Positions 21,165 through 30,457 of a stretch of DNA of 32,000 nucleotides are shown piece after piece; position 1 is the stretch's first letter, and the number at the start of each line of letters is the position of its first letter. A program made the position numbers and the translations under genes. Where the stretch lies: NCBI GenBank assembly GCA_054661495.1, contig BAAFSQ010000010.1, positions 30,001 to 62,000 of the forward strand, written 5' to 3'. The DNA is from Zygophlyctis sp. KS116. Its lineage: Eukaryota; Fungi; Chytridiomycota. The notes beneath the pieces are model-generated. The model did not search any database and was not told the origin of the DNA. It saw nothing but the letters and a program-made list of their open reading frames with translations.

Positions 21165-23328
21165 TCAAATCTTTAATGACATCAGATCCGGTTGTAATAA
21201 ATCAGGCACTAGACCTGACAACGTTTTCTTAGAGCTATATATATCTTTGGGATGGCTTGAAATTCGATTTGATTGAGAGGATGGATGGTGATATAATGGT
21301 AGCTTTTTAGCATTTTGGCTTGACTTGATAGATCTTGAGCGAGCATTATCAGTCTTCTTTTTATAATCCAATCCTTCTGTATTCCTAGGTTTACCAACAA
21401 AAGCCTTGGTTTGATCAACTTTTTTGTCTTCAGTGGTTATTATATCATCATCATGAAAGTGCAAATAATTATCAGAGCCTGTTATAATTCGACTATTCAT
21501 GTCCCCTTCGTCTAGTACCAAGTCTGGATTAGGAATTTCTACTGCCTCGAGCAATGTTCTAAGTGCAACATTTTTCCGTTTTACTGCCTCCATTACTGAA
21601 TCCAGGCGATTCTGGGCAGACTGGATTTCAATCTAAAATTCAATTCTTTTAATATTTACCTGCAATTGTATATACTGATCACTAATCTTGGTCATGAGCT
21701 CTTCTCGTGGAACTTCTTTAAATGGTATAATTAATAGCAGATTAGTTTTATAGAGAACTCTTTCTTTGAATTTCAAACAGCCTGCTCTTAAAATTTCCTT
21801 CTTTTTAAGTGGAGCTGGTGATTTAAGCTTGTCGCTCATAAATTCATTCCATCCACTGTTATTGTCTGCGTTTTGCTCCTCATTTTTCCAATTCTGCATT
21901 GATGTTTTGGATTTTAAGTCAGATTTGGAATCGAGTGAAAAACATGCTTGTGTTTGTTCAGAAAATATTTCAAAAGATCCTAGGTATCTGTCAGGTTCAC
22001 GATGAGTTCCATTTAGGCAGTCGGCTGCTAGTATTCCAACAACACCCCCGGCACCTTCAGATTGGTGGAATCCAAGAGCAGCCTCACGTGCCCTTTTTGG
22101 ATGCTCAGAAAGCATTGGAAATGTTCTGGATTCTAGCTCAATCCTAGGAACGCTGATGTTGAGTCTCGCAGTTATTTCCAGAAATTTTGAATGTGTTATT
22201 TCTACTGATTTAAAGTAGATAAATAAATCGTTTGGATCGGTAATAGTTATAAAATAATACGCAGGCGAATTTCTAGGCCCCTATTTTTTAATCAAACCTA
22301 TATATACTTACCTGTGAATAAAAAGTAAAGAGGAGCTTTCGCGAGGCTTCCTCTTTCCCATTTTTAAATGGTATGTTTATATTTTTAGAGCATACAACTG
22401 ATAATTAGTAAAATTAGATAATGCATACATTCACTCGTATCATCATTTTCAGTTTCAATTAAAAACATTTCTTTTTTCTTTAGCTCCTCTTCTGTAGTTA
22501 ATCCGTTCTGAAAAGCAGATCCTTTCGCTGGAAGAAGAGTTTCAACCAATTCCTTCCATTTTGCAGATTGTATTATCCGACGTGCTTTTACGTTCCCAGC
22601 CCCGTTTCCACTTAATAACAGTGCGGGCTGATGTTTTGATACAATTCCTAAAACTTTTGCAAGAGCACTTTTCAATTTTGAATAATAATTCTTTATATAA
22701 AATAACGAAATCATACCACCATTCTGCAAAGATCATGACGAATTTCCATTATCACTTGATCCCATGGAGTTGGCGAAAATGCAATACGAATTAATTCTAC
22801 ACATCTATAACTATTTACGACTTCATAAAATGTCAATGTAGACATATTTTCATGATGATTCAATCGTATTTTTGCCACATATCGTCTTGGCATTGAAACA
22901 CATTCCATAACTCTATCCTTGATCATCGATCCAAAGTTTTTAAAAAGTTTACAGCATTCAACATCATCATTTGCTATATCCCATTTCATTTCTTTGATTA
23001 GACTTCTAAATGAAAACGGATTACAGCTGTAGCTCCAATGATTGAAAATGTCAAAGTGTGGGCTTGTCATTATTATGCGATGCTGTTGAGGAAAACTATT
23101 ACTTGACAATGGATAAATTATAATTCTGATGCTGATAGCTTTCCCTTCACTTTTAGATGGATTTGTTTCCCAAATTACAGGAAAATCTCTTCCCCAACAA
23201 CTTTGAGATCCTAAATCTGATCTGGAATCATTTGCAGTGAGATCCGGAGCACTTGCATGTCTAGGAATAATAGGAGTAATATGATTATGTATCAAAAATC
23301 CTCCAGTAGAAACCTCCTTATTATTCAT
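21165..23328 (-). CDS. Protein with two tandem SAS-6-like (SAS6L-type) head + short coiled-coil modules
   Basis: Introns 22691-22716, 22398-22428, 22281-22311 and 21633-21659 join four ORF-track fragments. Module 1: IIMTSPHFDIFNHW...LTFYEVVNSYRCVELIRIAF...IVSKHQPALL. Module 2: ITITDPNDLFIYF...LKFKERVLYKTNLLLIIPF...AVKRKNVAL. Confidence 0.72.
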
Positions 23329-23376
23329 TCGTATCAAGTCTATTCGGGCCAGAAAACGAGACTTTTCCCTCCTAAA

Positions 23377-24315
23377 ATGAGTTCTTGTTGCTTCCAAAGT
23401 CCAATTGCATATCTTGGATCAGGACAATATTGGGTGAATATTTCTGTGTTTGATTCAAATCAGCTTGAGAATAATTCATTTTCTGTATTGTTTGGCGGAT
23501 TGTATCATTTTCCTCTACCAATTGTTGTTGATAAGTTTGATAAGCCTGCCCCATGCCGTCTCGATAATCCAAATGATCTTGATAGCGGATCTATGTGGAC
23601 ATGTATCGGATCAGACTCCAGATTTAGAATTGATACGAATCCAAAGGGGAATGATCCATCGATTGTGCAATTGTCAACCAAGGCATCTGGAGCTTGCAAT
23701 GGCAGAGCTGTTTGTACTTCAACGCTAGGCCAAGAGGCTAATAATGGTACTCAGCCAAATGATGCCATGCCAAATGATGGTAAAGTGAGCTTAGGAGTTT
23801 TAGGATCGGTAAATCTGCCATGAATTCATGCATAGTATGATAAAGGACCAGTGATTGTAGCATTCACTTTATCTAGCTTAGTAGTTATAGGATTACTTGG
23901 ATTATATTTGTATAGAAATCGAAGCAAGGGTAACGTGTCCGGACATGACTCTAGCGTTCCTAGAGAAGCGCCTAAAGAAGACAATCAAAATGCAGCATTT
24001 GGATCTGATATTGAAGAAATTAAAGGCAAGAAGATAGTAGATAAGGGACCACCATTAGACTCAAAAGCGTTGGAACGTTTGAAGAAAGATCAAGTAGAGA
24101 TTAGAGGGAGATCAAAGGTAAAGCATTCAAGAAGAAAAAATCTTTTGACAGTCATGGTGGAAAAATCAGCAAAACCCAAAAACTCTGGTATTCTTGTGGC
24201 AACGCCTTTATCAATGTCCAACAAAGGCACAGAAAAGATTTTCTTGGCAAATTCAATTGATGATAATCAGTCTGATCAAAGCAACGTTCCTTTGGCCAAA
24301 TTGTATAAAAAATAA
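23377..24315 (+). CDS. Single-pass membrane protein with a Cys-containing N-terminal region; unknown function
   Basis: Intron 23809-23835 joins two ORFs; TM helix VIVAFTLSSLVVIGLLGLYLY followed by RNRSK. Start at 23377 assumed. Confidence 0.68.
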
Positions 24316-24319
24316 ACAT

Positions 24320-24523
24320 TTAGTGTTTGGGAAAGCTGATTAGTTTAATATGACTTTGAATATGCTGAATGATCGACGTATTTCTCTGCCATCGATGGTT
24401 AACTTCCATAAGAGTTGGTTGTCGAAAAATAGACACATTATTTACCAAATCCCTAGTTTCTGATGCTCTTACAATATGCTCTCTATCCAATGAAAAGTAA
24501 TCAGATATCTGTGATTGTCTCAT
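24320..24523 (-). CDS. 67-aa microprotein with N-terminal PIP box / PIP-degron-like motif
   Basis: The ORF fills the gap between neighbours almost exactly (4 bp and 12 bp spacers) and begins MRQSQISDYFSLDR. Confidence 0.5.
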   Translation of the reverse strand: MRQSQISDYFSLDREHIVRASETRDLVNNVSIFRQPTLMEVNHRWQRNTSIIQHIQSHIKLISFPKH

Positions 24524-24535
24524 TTCCGGAGATTT

Positions 24536-26232
24536 TTAAAGATTGTTGACTCCAAGAGGATCTGACTCTAAATCTTCCAATTCTTTTGCAATCAATTCAG
24601 ATGATTCTGTAAATAGAAAACTATCCAAAGATTTTTTAGGGATCATCTTAAACACAGATGATTGGCTTATAGAGATTTCTGATTGTCCAAATATCACTTT
24701 ATTCAGGCCTTCAACTCCAGTCATGAATGCAGTCGTTGCTTTGTCCATAATATTAGTTGATTCATTTTCTACATTAATTATTTCCTGTTTTGGTGGTTTT
24801 ACTTGTCCGATATCCCTAAAATTGTCAATTGACTGATTAAATTCTGTAGCAGGATGCTTTAGGCTTTCAACTAATAATCTTAATATATCACATTGTGGAT
24901 CAATCATTTCCTTAATAGAGTCGAGATCCTCAATTTTCTTTAGTGATTCCAAGTCTTCCGTGACTGCCGATATTGTTTGAATAAATTTCCCATCTCTTGA
25001 TTTAAGACATGATAGCTGTCTTTCCAATTCAATTTTACTTTTCTTCAGATCTTTCATTTCTTTTTTCAAAGTCTCCAATTCATCTGGTTTAAATTTGTTT
25101 CCCAAAGCCAAAAGTTTTGAGGATTTTACCTTGTTTGAGGATGTAAGAGGAGATTGTTTATCTAAATTGTCCATTATTGTAGGAGTAGTAGAGATCGTAA
25201 AAGTTTTAGACTCGTACAGAGACTTAAATTTCTTAGCATTCTGAATTAAGTCCTGAATTGTCATTCCAATTTCTGACAATCGTGGATAATGCATAAGCAG
25301 CGTTAACGATCCTGAATAATCACTTTCAATCACTAAATTTTGAACTTATTAAATTCTTACAAGACTTTTTTATAGCCAACAGCATTGCAACACAAATCCA
25401 TTCAACAAGATTCAAATTGGAATTGTTTTCAAATATACCATCCCACAATTCAATTATCTCATCGATTTCAAATTCTCTTGAGAATAATAACCTTAGCCAT
25501 CGTCTTAAGTTAGATTCATTTAAAATTCTTACAATCCGTATAATTGCGGCTCGATACTTAAAAAATCCAAATGAGTAAATAATTCGCGATCAAGAACTTG
25601 AATGATATCCCCTTGAATTCTTTTGCAAGTTGCAATAATCGGAGTCATTGTTTCCTAAATATTAAATATTATTTTTGTACCTGATCTACATACTCTGCTT
25701 TAACTTCATACCAAGGCTTGACTGATCTCATCAGACTTAAAAACAGAATTCCAGCATCATACTCCACAAAATCTTCATCAACAACTGAATCAAATAGTGG
25801 ATCTGACCTTGATTTTGCGTCTCCAATTACTACATAGTAAATAACAGCAGCCAATTCGTGCATGCCTTGGCGATAACCAACATCCGGATTTAATTTACAC
25901 CAAAGAAAAAGTATTTTTCCCAATACTTGTTGAATTTTGAGGTCCCTGAATATCGGCAACGAGGGAAATGTACGTATCACATCTTGATGTATAATAGTTT
26001 TTAGCTCATTGTCTTTAAACTTTTGATTCCAGGGATTCGCTTCTGACTGATTTAAAGGATTATTAACATCGAGATCAGTCAATTCTTCTGTCGGATCCAT
26101 GTCGAATCTGGCCTTTAAGTCTTTATAACCGTCTCGTGCTGTTAATAGACAAACACTCAGCTCTTGACTGGATGAAAAGGAAATCTGCATAGCCTTCTTC
26201 CATCTAACGCTAATCAAGGAATTCAATGTCAT
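24536..26232 (-). CDS. TBC1D5: TBC-domain Rab GAP, TBC1D5-like, with C-terminal coiled coil
   Basis: NNPLNQSEANPW, IHQDVIRTFP, YRQGMHEL, IEPQLYGLRWLRLLFSREF, LWDGIF. Introns 25655-25680, 25504-25532, 25333-25360. Confidence 0.85.
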
Positions 26233-26304
26233 ATTCTATAGAAAAAGTATGGAGTAAGAATTGAATTGTTTGTTTGAGGCACGCGATAGCAATAATTATT
26301 TGGA

Positions 26305-28651
26305 ATGAAGAGCCTGCAGAAAAGATTTGGATTGCCTAATTTACCAGGGAATGATAAAAAAGCGATCGGCAAATCTAAAATAGATTCTAGTTCTGCGATT
26401 GCAAATAATGAAAAGATATCGGACAATACTGCAATAAAGGTAGATGATGGAGGCAATGGAGAAAAGAAAACTAGACGACCATTGTTGAAATCAAAAGCTC
26501 AATCATTTCAAAATGGAGGGCAAATCGCTGATAATGCTCTTGATGCAGATTCATCTAATGATGGAGAATTGTCGTACGCAGTTGGACGATTCGGACAGAA
26601 TTTTTCTATTTCAGGTCCTTCCCAAACCAGACAAAGACCATCTTTGATTTGTGATAAAAATGAAGCTCTTCATGCAGAATATATGACAGAGCCACTGTAC
26701 ACTTTAGGAAAGATGGGACCCAGTCTATCTGTATCCGGTCCTTCATCAAACAGAAGACGTCCATCATTGACTCCTGATATTTCAGATCAAAATGTTCTGC
26801 CTGAAGATGCTGCACACAGAATACGAGGTAAATCTTTAGTAATGGAGGACCAATTAACGGCGGCAAATGGATCAAATGGATCTTTTTTAAATGCAAGGCG
26901 TCGCTCATTGGTGGCAAATGATATTTTAGGGAATGGATCAGTTGATCTAATTACTCGGGAATATGGAACCAAAAACAATGCAAAAAGCTCATCCCAGGTA
27001 AATTTAGAAGAAAGAAGTATTTCAGACAGAAAAAGACAAAGTATGAATTTAAAGGAAGCTAACAATTTGATCAATAAGCCTCAAAGACTACTTCCTGATG
27101 ATTTAATGGAAAAATATAATCAAAGGACTATAAAATCGGAAACTGTAGTTGTATCTTCTGCGCATACAAAAGAATTGGTACCATCAGAGGAAGCTTTGAA
27201 TCAAGTGGAGGAAAAACTCCCAAATATCGATGCCTCAAACACCCCCATTTTGAGTAAAGCAAAAAGGCTATGGAAATTGGCGATTTGTCAAACAATTGTT
27301 GGTTTAAGGTTTATAAGTCTCAATGAAGAGCTGCGAGCAAAAGGTATGAATATACAAAGGGCAAAGGCTTTGGAAGCTGAAGGATTATCCGTTCTTTTAT
27401 CATCTGCAAACATTAGCAAAGGGGATCCTACTATTTCAGCAAAGGTAGCACACTCCAACTTTATTAATTTAAAGATTAAAGAACTTACCTGTAAAAAAGA
27501 TCGCTCCGATGAAGACATTGAGGCCCTGGAGAGAATTCTTTCTATAAAAAACAGAGCTTTTGGACGTTTTTCGATGGATCAAAGATTAAAGTTTTGCAAA
27601 ATATTGCAGTATGAGAATTACAAAGGAGTATTTTTTTTAAAATCTTAATTTTAGGAAAGAATGATTGTAAAAGAAGGGCACGTTTCTTGGGCATTCTATT
27701 TTATTCTAAGTGGCCAAGGTTAGTTTCGAACATTTCTTATTCTAAGTCGAAATTTTTAAAGTGAAAGATAACCTCAAATATAGAGTAATCAATAATTTAG
27801 ACTAAAAATAGCTTAATATAATTGGTGCTGGTGCTTCTTTTGGTGATCGAACAATGAATATGCTGAATGATAAGCGAACAGCCTCAGTTGCATCCACAAT
27901 GGATGTGGAACTTCTCAAAATTGATAAATCGGATTTCTTTGATATAACAAACGTTAGAGACGAAAAAGGGATTGCAAGTCGTTCCGCAAAAATTTTGCAA
28001 GTACCACATTTCTCTACAGCTCCGGGTGGTTTCGTAGAACGTATTGCACCTTTTGCCCAGGTCATAACTTATGAGCCTAACGAATACATTCTTCATGAAA
28101 CTGTAGATAATAATAAAATATTCTGGCTGCTAAAGGGAACATGTCACTGTATCAAAATGCTACCTTTTGTGAAGAAGACACTTAACGAAAACTATGGTGG
28201 TAAAACAGTCCAAATCAACCCCTTTCAACTTGGAAAAACTGCATTAGAAACAGGTGATGAATTTTTCTATGAATTCGCAACAACGCATGAAGTTGAAATA
28301 GGAAGTAACTTTCCTGAACTTCCAGCCCCATTGGGAAGCTCAATAACTGAGCCGGTATTCTACGTGAACAAAAAGGATTACCTGGAACAGCTTCGAAACG
28401 AAGATCCGTTTGATTTAAATAGCAAATCTGCTGTTTCAATTGTTGCAAAAACTAAGGTTGAAGTTATTTGCATTAATCGCGTTGATTATGCGGTTCTAGC
28501 CAGCAACGACATGATTCTATCAATCATAAATTCCAAAGACCTATACAGAATACCAATATTGCAGCTTCAGGAATCATACTTGGAATCAAGAAAGTGGAAT
28601 GCATTCAAAAAGAAGGTCGTTGCAGATGTTTGTAAAGATAAACGTAAATAG
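26305..28651 (+). CDS. Cyclic-nucleotide-binding-domain protein (two cNMP-like domains, long disordered N-terminus; CNBD2-like)
   Basis: IVKEGHVSWAFYFILSGQVEIF...GASFGD...KRTASV, second domain YEPNEYIL...IFWLLKGTC. Introns 27628-27654, 27719-27746, 27785-27811, and a possible in-frame intron 27445-27474. Confidence 0.82.
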
Positions 28652-28686
28652 AGTCCATGACATTCCTGCCACCAAACCTTGCATTA

Positions 28687-29478
28687 ATGTTGAGATCTTC
28701 GTCCTTCCTATCACAACAGGTTGCACAGGTAGCACATGCATTACTAATCAAAGTCTATTGATGTAGATCTTATGGATCATAAAGTTGGTGGATTTTTCAT
28801 TGAGCAGCTAATGGAGCTCGCAGGGCTAAGTTGTGCACAAGTCATACAAAAAGAATACGGCCCCGATAGATTTAAAGATGTATTAGTCTGTGCCGGACCA
28901 GGTAAATATACAGAAATATTAATTATAAGGCAATAACGGCGGTGATGCATTGGTTGCAGCTCGGCATTTATCACATTTCGGATACAATCCATCTGTGATT
29001 TGTCCCAAACTTCCCAATAAACCATTATTTCAGGTAAATAAAATAAGCAATCAAATCATAGAATCTGGTTACACAATGTCAAAATTTAAATATTCCATTT
29101 CTTGAGGGATCAATCTCACAATATTTTCAAAGCCATTCACTAATTCTTGATGGAATATTTGGCTTTAGTTTTAAAGGAGCTATTAGAGCTCCATTTGATG
29201 ATATCATCGTGAATTTAAAAACGTGCAATCTTCCTATAGTTTCAATAGACATACCATCAGGATGGGATGTGGAATTAGGAAATATTGAAAGAAAAGGATT
29301 GGAACCATCACTTTTAATATCTCTCACTTTTCCCAAAAAATGTGCTACTCAATTTTGTGGGAAACATTACATAGGTGGTAGATTTTTACCTGATTCGATT
29401 GCAAAGAAATATGGGATTAACGCTCCGGTATTTCCCAATGCAGACCAATTTGTTGATATAACAGAATTGAAAGAATAA
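28687..29478 (+). CDS. NAXE: NAD(P)H-hydrate epimerase (YjeF_N)
   Basis: [50 protein letters not shown]. Introns 28729-28753, 28902-28929, 29034-29061. Confidence 0.94.
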
Positions 29479-29588
29479 ATATGGTAGATAAACATTTCTT
29501 TTCGTGAAGATCGTGATCAAATCGTGAAAACTACGCAACCAACACTCCCATATCCAATCTATTTAAAAAATTAAAAAAATCTAAGAAA

Positions 29589-29620
29589 GGGGCCCTAGGG
29601 GAATCGAACCCGGACCTGTC
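29589..29620 (-). pseudogene. Inverted 3'-half fragment of a tRNA-Pro-like gene
   Basis: Minus strand GACAGGTCCGGGTTCGATTCCCCTAGGGCCCC versus intact GGCAGGTCCGGGGTTCGATTCCCCGAGAGCCCC; no adjacent D or anticodon arm. Confidence 0.75.
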
Positions 29621-29705
29621 TTAAGAAAGGAGTACATAAAGCGGTATAAATGGTGTATCAGTTTATGTGCGTCAATTTAGTGAACCCTAATTTTCAGAAA
29701 ATAAC

Positions 29706-29777
29706 GGGTTCTTGGTTTAGTGGTATAATGGCCGCTTTGGGTGCGGCAGGTCCGGGGTTCGATTCCCCGAGAGCCCC
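29706..29777 (+). tRNA. tRNA-Pro (anticodon TGG), intronless
   Basis: Acceptor GGGTTCT/AGAGCCC; A box TGGTTTAGTGG; anticodon arm GCCGC-TTTGGGT-GCGGC; B box GGTTCGATTCC; followed by a T-run. Confidence 0.96.
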
Positions 29778-29789
29778 TTTTATTTTTTT
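29778..29789 (+). terminator. RNA polymerase III oligo-T terminator
   Basis: TTTTATTTTTTT directly after the tRNA. Confidence 0.75.
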
Positions 29790-29880
29790 ATTTTTCTCAT
29801 GGGATAAAGCTCTCTATCGTATATTCTACAATCATAATCACGACAGACATCGAATGCATCAATCAGCTACTGAAATGAAC

Positions 29881-30114
29881 ATGTTCACGAGAAGAACCTA
29901 CTTCATAATTTTCATCACCAATGGCTACCCATGGAACATTTTTAGCCTTGTTTTTGGTTAAATGGGCTTTTATCATTTCCAATATTGATAGCACCAATAA
30001 GCATCTTATTCGAAATATCATCCAAATATCCAATTTTAGCCAAGTATCGGCCATCGAAATATGATCAGTCCTACATTTTCTCGTGACTTTTATAAGAATA
30101 GGGACGTTTTCATA
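29881..30114 (-). pseudogene. ACO1: Decayed fragment of mitochondrial aconitase (C-terminal swivel domain)
   Basis: ENVPILIKVTRKCRTDHISMADTWLK, frameshift, GYLDDISNKMLIGAINIGN, deletion plus frameshift, KNVPWVAIGDENYEVGSSREH. Compare the aconitase motifs TTDHISMAGPWLK and IGDENYGEGSSREH. Confidence 0.85.
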
Positions 30115-30457
30115 CTTAACTGCAGTTGCTGGGCGATTGGCACCCAAAGCGGACTCCTGAAAATCACCCTGGTCCCAGACATTTAAAAGAGATCGTAGAT
30201 ATGGTTGAAATGTAATGCAGCATTAAGTGGTGAAAATGTCGATGATAATGGTAGCCTATAATCAGCTAATTAGAAAAAATGATTGATGCCACAATCAAAA
30301 ACGTGTTTCAAAGTTAAGAAACCGATAGAGGAAATAAAGTATATTAACTGAGAAATGGCTGCTGAATGAGTGGCTAAAGAGATCAAGTGATGGTCCGTTT
30401 CAGCTCTAAAGGCTTTCCGCAAATTTTGAAGTTTTTAAATTTTGCACAAAAAAGAGT

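Noticed and set aside
22304-22314. ATACTTACCTG, identical to the U1 snRNA 5' end
   Set aside because: It is the reverse complement of the CAG/GTAAGTAT donor of the minus-strand intron 22281-22311; no U1 stem-loop I/II motifs follow.
23372-23572. Minus-strand Gln-rich ORF as an upstream exon of the SAS6L-like gene
   Set aside because: It overlaps the plus-strand membrane-protein gene, and no GT donor lies 24-34 nt upstream of the candidate acceptor.
30372-30389. GGCTAAAGAGATCAAGTG, loosely resembling U2 snRNA
   Set aside because: Lacks the GTAGTA branch-pairing sequence and the rest of the U2 5' stem.
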